Translations under genes and position numbers: made by a program
Shown: positions 18,199 through 25,191 of the stretch, in pieces
Position numbering within the stretch: the first letter of the stretch is position 1
Layout: the number at the start of each line of letters is the position of its first letter
Notes under the pieces: model-generated
The model's input: the letters and a program-made list of their open reading frames with translations, nothing else
Database searches by the model: none
Told to the model about the DNA's origin: nothing
NCBI GenBank assembly: GCA_041686935.1
Contig: JAWLCW010000005.1
Span: 179,715-243,714, forward strand
DNA: 64,000 nt
Reading direction: 5' to 3'
From: Mariniphaga sp.
Lineage (GTDB): Bacteria > Bacteroidota > Bacteroidia > Bacteroidales > Prolixibacteraceae

Positions 18199-19392
18199 TT
18201 ATTGATGGACAAATTCTTTCCAGTCCTTGCCGCCGGTGAGCCAGGCCAGATTAAACCGGGCCATTTTGCCGCCGCCGTCGCTTTCGTAGAAAAGGTAAAT
18301 CAGACCTTCAGAAGGTGTTCCCGCACGACCTGCGGTTAACGACGAATAGGCAAAGCTGCCTTTGTCAACCACACGTTTTACCGGCCAGGTTTTGCCGCCG
18401 TCGAAACTGGCCCACACAGTGCCGTTGAAGCGGCGTGAGGTGCGCAGTTCAAAGGGAACATCTTCGTCCTTTTTATCGGCCGGAACATCGATGTTGCTGA
18501 ACAGCAGGATGTCGTGCCCCTCAACCGGCAGGCGCACCAGCCCGGCCATTAACCCGTAATCGGTGTGCTGGGCGCCGTCGGGCAGGTCTTCATCTATCCA
18601 TAAATCTTCCCACGTTTGGCCGCCGTCGTAACTGTATGCGATGTACCTGCGGCGCGGGTTCAGCCCGTCGGTGGATTTATGCCGCCGTGAGTTGTAGTAA
18701 AGCGTTCCGCCGGAAAGTTCGGCAATGGCTGCTTCGCCGGCGCCATAAGCCGGAAACGGTTCGCCGGCCTGCCAGGTTTTGCCGCCGTCGTCGCTGTAAA
18801 TGGCGTTGGTGTAGTGTTCGTCCCAGAACTCCCGGCCGTTGCCGCTGCCGTACCAGCGCGAGGGGCGAATCAGCCTTCCGGCATATTTCCCCTGCTTCAG
18901 CGTGATGCCGTGCTCGTTCATGTGCATGGACGGGACATGCCCCAGGCTGTTGGGGCGGATGGTCACCTCCTCCGCATTCCAGGTTTTCCCGTGGTCGCGG
19001 CTGCGGTAAATCGTGAGCGGGGCAGGCGGGTGTCCTCCCTCCGCAAAAGCCAGGATGTGGCCGGTGGTTTCATCCACGGTGGTGCCGCCGCCCTGAAATC
19101 CGGGATGGGCCACGGTAATTTCCGGCTCCCAGGTTTGGCCGCCGTCTTCGCTGCGGAGCACCCTGAAATGTTCGCTTCCCCAGGTAGCCACAATGGTTCC
19201 GTCGGTAGTGGTAACCACATTGGGAAACCGCTCGTTGGAAACCAGTTGCTGCACTTCAAAAACTGGCTGTCCGTTGTTCCAGAACGGATTTTTTTGCGCG
19301 GTTTTGCACGAGATGAAGAGGATAATCACAACAAGAACAGCGGCTATGCAATGTTTTTTGATGCTCATTTTTTTATGTTTATCGTTTGACAA
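18199..19392 (-). CDS. BNR/Asp-box repeat protein (sialidase/GH33-like beta-propeller), lipoprotein
   Basis: 397 aa with five Asp-boxes: SEDGGQTW, SRDHGKTW, SDDGGKTW, SYDGGQTW and SFDGGKTW. The lipobox is FISC. The start may be the internal Met at 19368. Confidence 0.8.
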   Translation of the reverse strand: MSNDKHKKMSIKKHCIAAVLVVIILFISCKTAQKNPFWNNGQPVFEVQQLVSNERFPNVVTTTDGTIVATWGSEHFRVLRSEDGGQTWEPEITVAHPGFQGGGTTVDETTGHILAFAEGGHPPAPLTIYRSRDHGKTWNAEEVTIRPNSLGHVPSMHMNEHGITLKQGKYAGRLIRPSRWYGSGNGREFWDEHYTNAIYSDDGGKTWQAGEPFPAYGAGEAAIAELSGGTLYYNSRRHKSTDGLNPRRRYIAYSYDGGQTWEDLWIDEDLPDGAQHTDYGLMAGLVRLPVEGHDILLFSNIDVPADKKDEDVPFELRTSRRFNGTVWASFDGGKTWPVKRVVDKGSFAYSSLTAGRAGTPSEGLIYLFYESDGGGKMARFNLAWLTGGKDWKEFVHQ

Positions 19393-19712
19393 ATCGTTTA
19401 AGATGCTTATTTTTAAACCCTAAATAAATCAAAAATTGAATTCAGAACCTGAAATAACACGAAGAAACAAAATTTTTCCAGGCCCCGAAAATTTCGGTAG
19501 CGGTGAAGATTGGGAAAAGTTAGTTGGAGTTAGTGAAAACCACGCCGGGGTGCGCCGGATGAAATTTTTTAACGGAAAAGATGGGTTACACAACTTTTTT
19601 GGCATTGTATTCCAACCCGATAATAGAGATATAAACCAACTCTTCGGGTTTTACATACGTTATGTGCGTCATGCTAAAAGTCTCAGTGCTACATTAAAAA
19701 ATTGATGAAAAA

Positions 19713-20500
19713 ATGGGAATAATAGATTTAACAGTAACTTCTTGTATTCATTTAGTTAGAAGTAATCTCAAGGATTTAAAACCAATTTCAATTGGCTCAG
19801 GTGTTATTATTAAAAATAAGGAAAGATTTTTCATTTGTACTGTTTCTCATTTTTCTGATTACCCTGAAGAAAACGTTGGAATTGTGACAGGTAGAATAAA
19901 AAATAATGAAACTGAAGTTTATTACCTTGGTAATTTCTCATACCTGACAAAGATAAGTTTTGAAGAAATGCCTGATGCTGAAGATTTAGTTTATTGTATT
20001 GAAAATCCAGATATGGGTGGAGATAAATTGGACATTGCATTTAGGGAAATTTCTTTATTGGAGAATATTGTTCAGGATAAGAGAGAATTCGATTTGAATG
20101 GTATTGGTAAGATAACAGTTAATCAAGGCGGGAAGTCTTTATTATTTGCAGATGATGACTATCAGATTGATACTAATTATCAATGTAGTTTTATGGTAGG
20201 ATTAGACCAAAATTGGAAAACGGAATTTTGGATTTTCAAGAAGCGTTATATTGGAATTTGCCAATAAAATCAGTTGGTGAAGAATTTATTGAAATGGATT
20301 TAGGAGCACCAATAAATGACCATACGAGATTTAAAGGTTGCAGTGGTGCACCGATTATTGACACAAGGGTGCGCTTAATTGGTTTAGTTACTCATGGTGA
20401 AAAAGATACTACAAAAAGCAGTATATATAGATTTAGGTTTGATAAAGTTAAACAATGGATTGATTTAATGTATTTTCAAGAACCAATATCAAAAATGTAA
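19713..20500 (+). pseudogene. Trypsin-like serine protease interrupted by a single frameshift (or sequencing error)
   Basis: The 19713-20267 ORF carries His (TVSHF, 19848-19850) and Asp (LDIAF, 20031-20033). The ORF in the other frame (open from 20189, ending 20500) carries Ser (GCSGAP, 20342-20344). The total span is 788 nt, one nucleotide short of an intact frame. Confidence 0.65.
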
Positions 20501-20525
20501 ATAGTTAATAATAAGGAAATACGGA

Positions 20526-22031
20526 ATGAAAAGTATAATTGAATTAGATGAAATTGAAGCAAGAGAGTTCTTTTTGAAAGAAAAGAATTATGTGAATTTT
20601 GACCTTCCAACTTACTTTTCGTTTCAGAATTTATTGAACTTGCTTGACAAACAATTGTCCGGAAAAAAACTTTCAGATTATAGAACAACAAATCCAAGAG
20701 ACTTTGATGATATAAATTATTATATTTTAAATAATAAAGATGGAAAATATGCTTGGCGACCATTTCAAATAATAAATCCTGCAATTTATGTTTCTCTTGT
20801 TCAATGTATTACAGATAAAGATAATTGGGAATTAATACAAAAAAGATTTCTTAACTATCAAGAGAATGACAGAATAGAATGCCACAGTTTACCGATGGTA
20901 TCAGGTAGTGAAGAAAAAACAGATAAAGAATCTCAAATTTTCACTTGGTGGCAAATGATTGAACAAAAGTCAATTACTCTTTCACTTGATTATCACTACT
21001 TCTTGCAGACTGATATTACAGATTGCTATGGCTCAATTTATACTCATTCGATTAGTTGGGCTATTCATGAAAAAACTGAAGCTAAAAAGAAAGAAAATAG
21101 AACAAAGAATTCTTTAATAGGAGTCGCAATTGATAACCATTTACAAGACATGAGTTATGGACAAACCAATGGGATTCCACAAGGAAGTACTCTAATGGAT
21201 TTCATTGCTGAAATAGTTCTTGGATATGTAGATGAGTTGCTAACACACAAAATAAACGAATTAAGCATTTCTGATTATAAAATTCTAAGATATCGAGATG
21301 ATTATAGGATTTTTACAAACAATCCATTTGAAGCAGAACAAATTACAAAAGCATTATCTGAAATTCTTTCTGACTTAGGATTAAAACTTAATGTCAGTAA
21401 AACTAATGCATCAGACAATGTTATTAAAAGTTCTTTAAAACCTGATAAACGATATTGGATTGCAAATAGGCGTATTGCGGAAAACAAACAAAAATGGTTG
21501 ATTCAATTATTCTTATTATCTGAGCAATTTCCTAATTCAGGGACTTTAGATACTCAAATGAGAGATTTTTTAGAAGTATTGAAAAAAAATAAAAAAGATG
21601 ATTCAAATATTGAGTCTTTGATAAGTTTAGTTACAGAAATTGCATATCGTAATCCAAGAGTAGTTCCGACATCTATAATGATATTATCTCTTTTAATTAA
21701 ACAGATTAAAATTAAGGATGATAAAAAAATAATTTTGAAAAGGATTTATTCGAAGTTTCAACAAATTCCAAATTCAACATTTCTAAAAATATGGTTGCAA
21801 AGACTTACTGTTAAGATTGATACTTCAATTATTTATGATGAACCTATCTGTAAGCTTCTTTCTGATAATGAAATACAGCTTTGGAATATTAATTGGCTTA
21901 ATGATAAAATTAAAAATAAGATAAAAAAGACCCCAATTATAATTCAATCAAAAGTGAAAACATTGAGAGCTGTAGTAACAACCAAAGAAATAGATAACAT
22001 GATAACAAAAAACGCATACAATTACGAATAA
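20526..22031 (+). CDS. Reverse transcriptase with a non-RT C-terminal extension (defence-associated UG/Abi-like architecture)
   Basis: 501 aa. The RT motifs are in order: KDGKYAWRPFQIINP (1/2), LQTDITDCYGSI (A), NGIPQGSTLMDFIAE (B), RYRDDYRIF (C, YRDD at 21291-21302) and GLKLNVSKT (D). About 190 further residues show no RT motifs. Confidence 0.9.
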   Translation: MKSIIELDEIEAREFFLKEKNYVNFDLPTYFSFQNLLNLLDKQLSGKKLSDYRTTNPRDFDDINYYILNNKDGKYAWRPFQIINPAIYVSLVQCITDKDNWELIQKRFLNYQENDRIECHSLPMVSGSEEKTDKESQIFTWWQMIEQKSITLSLDYHYFLQTDITDCYGSIYTHSISWAIHEKTEAKKKENRTKNSLIGVAIDNHLQDMSYGQTNGIPQGSTLMDFIAEIVLGYVDELLTHKINELSISDYKILRYRDDYRIFTNNPFEAEQITKALSEILSDLGLKLNVSKTNASDNVIKSSLKPDKRYWIANRRIAENKQKWLIQLFLLSEQFPNSGTLDTQMRDFLEVLKKNKKDDSNIESLISLVTEIAYRNPRVVPTSIMILSLLIKQIKIKDDKKIILKRIYSKFQQIPNSTFLKIWLQRLTVKIDTSIIYDEPICKLLSDNEIQLWNINWLNDKIKNKIKKTPIIIQSKVKTLRAVVTTKEIDNMITKNAYNYE

Positions 22032-22052
22032 AGCACGAACGCAGAACACGCA

Positions 22053-22156
22053 ATATAGCCAATGGCGGGAACTGTGGGAGTTTGAATCTTTCTGCCCCAC
22101 ATCAAGGTTTGTAACGGTGGATAATGACGAAGCCCGCAAACCGCCACTGGCCATAT
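22053..22156 (+). ncRNA. Candidate structured RNA in the RT-Mrr spacer
   Basis: ATATAGCCAATGGCGG (22053-22068) is the imperfect reverse complement of CCGCCACTGGCCATAT (22141-22156), matching 14 of 16. An inner stem TGTGGG/CCCACA is present. G+C is 27/60 at 22081-22140 inside an otherwise roughly 28% G+C island. There is no expression evidence. Confidence 0.3.
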
Positions 22157-22196
22157 TGTTAAACGTTTTAATCTAAATTTTAAAAGATAAGAAATT

Positions 22197-23060
22197 ATGG
22201 ACAAATACTTTAAATATAAATATGACGACCTTTTTAACCCGACATTAAAAGCATTGAAAAAACTTGGAGGTTCAGGTGCGATAAGTGAAATTGAGGAGGA
22301 GGTTGCTCAACTTCTAAATTTATCTGAAGAAGCGACTAATGAAATACACCGAGAAAGTACTACTAAATTGACGTATAGGCTTGCTTGGGCAAGAAACTAT
22401 CTTAAAAGGTATGGTCTGCTTGAAAATTCTTCGAGAGGTGTTTGGGCATTGTCTGAAGAAGGGAAAAATATAACTGAAGTAAACCAGGAGAAAGTTAAAA
22501 AGTTCGTCGTAAAAAAAGATAGGGAAGAGCGGCTTCAAAAGAAAAGTGAAGGAAATTGTTCACCCGAACTTCAAGGTACAACAGAAGAGATAGAAGAGTT
22601 TTCTTGGCAAGATAAATTGCTTGACACCATAAAAGCCATACTCCCAGACCAATTTGAAAGACTTTGCCAAAGGCTTTTAAGGGAATTAGGTTTTGTAAAC
22701 GTAGAAGTTACAGGCAAAACAAATGATGGTGGAATTGATGGAAAAGGAATGATTAGACTTGGTGGTGTTCTTTCATTTCATGTAGTTTTTCAAGCTAAAC
22801 GATATCAAGGTTCTGTTTCATCTTCAGTAATTAGGGATTTTAGAGGCGCAATGAGTGGACGAGCGGACAAAGGGCTGATAATGACAACTGGAAGTTTTTC
22901 CCGGGAAGCAAAAAAAGAAGCACAACGAGATGGTGCAATACCTATTGACTTAATTGATGGTAACGATTTCGCAGAAAAACTTAAAGAGCTAAATTTGGGA
23001 GTGACAGTTGAGTTGGTGGAAGAGGTTAAAATAAAATCAGATTGGTTTAAGAATATTTAA
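22197..23060 (+). CDS. mrr: Mrr-family restriction endonuclease (Mrr_N winged helix plus Mrr catalytic domain)
   Basis: 287 aa. The N-terminus LFNPTLKALKKLGGSGAISEIEEEV...YRLAWARNYLKRYGLLENSSRGVWALSEEG is Mrr_N-like. The C-terminal core is NDGGIDGKG...VVFQAKRY (D...QxK), followed by GLIMTTGSFS. Confidence 0.85.
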   Translation: MDKYFKYKYDDLFNPTLKALKKLGGSGAISEIEEEVAQLLNLSEEATNEIHRESTTKLTYRLAWARNYLKRYGLLENSSRGVWALSEEGKNITEVNQEKVKKFVVKKDREERLQKKSEGNCSPELQGTTEEIEEFSWQDKLLDTIKAILPDQFERLCQRLLRELGFVNVEVTGKTNDGGIDGKGMIRLGGVLSFHVVFQAKRYQGSVSSSVIRDFRGAMSGRADKGLIMTTGSFSREAKKEAQRDGAIPIDLIDGNDFAEKLKELNLGVTVELVEEVKIKSDWFKNI

Positions 23061-23106
23061 AATAAATGAAAAACTCAGGCTGACATCAAATAAATCACTC
23101 CACGAA

Positions 23107-23202
23107 ATGACCGCCGAAGAGCTGGGGCAGTTGTTTCCGGTGGTGATTGAGGAATACCAAAGTGACTGGGTGGAGTTGTACCGGCCGGAGGAAAAGAAGT
23201 AA
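23107..23202 (+). pseudogene. 5' remnant of a GrpB-family gene (31 codons then stop)
   Basis: MTAEELGQLFPVVIEEYQSDWVELYRPEEKK* matches my memory of GrpB-family N-termini (...EEL.QLFP..L.EY...W...Y..E). Full-length GrpB proteins are several-fold longer. The local G+C is higher than in both neighbours. Confidence 0.5.
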
Positions 23203-23264
23203 AATAACCTTCAAAACTGCCGATGAGAAAGTTAAATTGAAGAAACTGAAAAAGTAAAATAGCG

Positions 23265-24314
23265 ATGGCTGATAAAAAGAAAAATAAACAGGAAATAGTT
23301 CGTTCGTCAGCAGCCGAATATTTAACCTTTATTGCTGCAGGAGGTGGTTCGGAAACAAGTGTTGAAATGCGCTACGAGGATGAAAATGTATGGCTTACTC
23401 AAAAAATGATGGCAACACTTTACAATGTTTCTGTGCCTGCAATTAACCAACACTTAAAACGTATCTATTCTGATAATGAATTGGAGCCGAAGGCAACTAT
23501 TAAGAAATACTTAATAGTTCAAACCGAAGGAAAAAGGGAAGTGCAACGGGAAGTGGATCACTTCAGCCTGCAAGCAATAATTGCTGTGGGGTTTAAAATT
23601 GAAAATGAACGGGCTGTACAGTTTCGCAAATGGGCAAACCAGATTGTAAAAGATTATACCATTCAGGGTTGGACAATGGACGTAGAACGTTTAAAAAATG
23701 GCGGTACCCTAACCGATGAATTTTTTGAAAAACAACTTGAAAAGATTCGGGAAATCCGTTTGTCGGAGCGAAAATTTTATCAGAAAGTAACCGATATTTA
23801 TGCAACCTCCATAGATTACGACCCAACAGCAACGGCTACAAAACGTTTTTTTGCTGCGGTACAAAATAAAATGCACTATGCCATTCACGGTAATACGGCA
23901 GCTGAGGTAATCGTTAACAGATCTGACCATCAAGAAGATAACATGGGGCTAACTACCTGGGAGGGGGCTCCAAAAGGTAAAATACACAAATATGATGTTA
24001 CCGTAGCCAAAAATTATCTTTCTGAATATGAGTTGGGGCAAATGCAACGAATTGTATCGGCTTATTTAGATATGGCAGAATTACAGGCTATGCGCAAAAT
24101 ACCAATGACAATGGAAGATTGGGAAAGTCGGCTCGGTGGTTTTTTAAAACTGTGGGACAGGGAAATATTGCAGGACGCAGGAAAAGTAACAGCAGAAATG
24201 GCAAAAGCCCATGCCGAAAGCGAATTCGAAAAATACAGGATTATTCAGGACAGATTGTTTGAATCGGATTTTGACCGGTTTTTAAAGCAGCTTAAAGAAA
24301 AATCCGAAGAATAA
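23265..24314 (+). CDS. rhuM: RhuM family protein
   Basis: 349 aa. The N-terminal block VRSSAAEYLTF...VEMRYEDENVWLTQKMMATLYNVSVPAINQHLKRIY and the later FRKWANQIVKDYTIQG are typical RhuM-family sequence as I remember it. Confidence 0.75.
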   Translation: MADKKKNKQEIVRSSAAEYLTFIAAGGGSETSVEMRYEDENVWLTQKMMATLYNVSVPAINQHLKRIYSDNELEPKATIKKYLIVQTEGKREVQREVDHFSLQAIIAVGFKIENERAVQFRKWANQIVKDYTIQGWTMDVERLKNGGTLTDEFFEKQLEKIREIRLSERKFYQKVTDIYATSIDYDPTATATKRFFAAVQNKMHYAIHGNTAAEVIVNRSDHQEDNMGLTTWEGAPKGKIHKYDVTVAKNYLSEYELGQMQRIVSAYLDMAELQAMRKIPMTMEDWESRLGGFLKLWDREILQDAGKVTAEMAKAHAESEFEKYRIIQDRLFESDFDRFLKQLKEKSEE

Positions 24315-24376
24315 ATTATGCCGGGTATTAAGGAAACAATATTTCAGTTTTGAATCCCCCTTCGATTCCCCTTCCG

Positions 24377-24418
24377 AAGCCGCGAAGCGATTCCAATGGA
24401 AGAATCACTTCGTGGCTT
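24377..24418. terminator. Hairpin between convergent rhuM and iorB
   Basis: AAGCCGCGAAGCGATTC (24377-24393) pairs with GAATCACTTCGTGGCTT (24402-24418): 15 Watson-Crick pairs, one G-U and one mismatch, with an 8-nt loop. There is no clean U-tract. Confidence 0.4.
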
Positions 24419-24506
24419 TGGCAGACATCATCCATTTTTCAAAGCTAAATTTTCGCCAAGGGGGACGCGTTCTTATGAACTTTGGTTGTTTGATGAATAA
24501 GTCATC

Positions 24507-25088
24507 TCAGCTTTTGCTCAGGGAAAAGGCCCGTCCGGCTTTGAAAGCTTCAATGTTCATTTCTACAATTTTATTGCCTTTGGCTTTGAAAATGGTTTCA
24601 ATGCCTTTGATGATGATTTCCTCGTGAATGGCGATGAACGGCGAGGCGGCGCCCAGCATTACCATGTTGGAGGCTTTGGGATTGCCGGTTTCTTTGGCAA
24701 TCTGGTCGGCATCGATGCGGACGATGTTGATTTTTTTGCTGAGCTCATCGAAAGTTTTTTCCAGCTCCGGATAATTTGGGATGTTTACAAACTCGGCTGT
24801 ATTGGTCACAAGGCTTCCTTTTGGCGAAAGGTAGGGCAGGTAGCGCAACGATTCCATGGGCTCCACCGACAGGATGAGGTCGGCATGGCCTGTTGGAATC
24901 AGGTCGGACCAGATGGGGTGGTCGGCAATGCGCAGGTGCGAAACCACGGCACCCCCGCGCTGGCTCATGCCGTGCGTTTCGGCCTGTTTCAGGTAATAGT
25001 TTTCGTTGAGGGCGGCAGCGCCCAGTGAGGCGGCAATGGAAAGAATTCCCTGACCGCCAACCCCTGCCAGTATAATGTCTGTCTTCAT
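24507..25088 (-). CDS. iorB: Indolepyruvate:ferredoxin oxidoreductase, beta subunit
   Basis: 193 aa. MKTDIILAGVGGQGILSIA...GMSQRGGAV is typical of the gamma/IorB 2-oxoacid:ferredoxin oxidoreductase domain, and iorA is adjacent. Confidence 0.85.
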   Translation of the reverse strand: MKTDIILAGVGGQGILSIAASLGAAALNENYYLKQAETHGMSQRGGAVVSHLRIADHPIWSDLIPTGHADLILSVEPMESLRYLPYLSPKGSLVTNTAEFVNIPNYPELEKTFDELSKKINIVRIDADQIAKETGNPKASNMVMLGAASPFIAIHEEIIIKGIETIFKAKGNKIVEMNIEAFKAGRAFSLSKS

Positions 25089-25191
25089 AGTTTAATTTTT
25101 TACCGCAAAGTCGCTATGACGCAAGGAATATTTTGGAATATTTTTTCAATACGAGTTATAACGACTATATTATCAATGTTTTATATGCTGA

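Larger units (their letters stand above)
19432..23087 (+). other. AT-rich accessory island (protease - RT - spacer - Mrr)
   Basis: Composition drops sharply. My hand count of single 60-nt lines gives 17/60 G+C at 21601-21660 and 34/60 at 18601-18660. The island is flanked by the 10-mer AAATAAATCA at 19422-19431 and 23088-23097. Confidence 0.6.

Noticed and set aside
19436-19705. The 89-aa ORF upstream of the island protease as a protein-coding gene
   Set aside because: It has a TTG start, no recognisable domain and a composition unlike the neighbouring island genes. I kept it only as a possibility within the leader-region finding.
20526-22031. The RT as a group II intron, retron or diversity-generating retroelement RT
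   Set aside because: I saw no maturase X or En domain and no flanking intron-like structured RNA with interrupted exons. The protein is larger than typical retron RTs, and I found no obvious msr/msd-type inverted repeats directly upstream. I also found no template/variable repeat pair or Avd-like gene for a DGR. These rejections are by eye only and should be confirmed with profile searches.
22074-22101. tRNA-like T-arm impression (GGGAGTTTGAATCTTTC) in the RT-mrr spacer
   Set aside because: The flanking bases do not form a T-stem (GGGAG versus CTTTC). No acceptor, D or anticodon arms can be drawn. I found no tRNA anywhere in the window.
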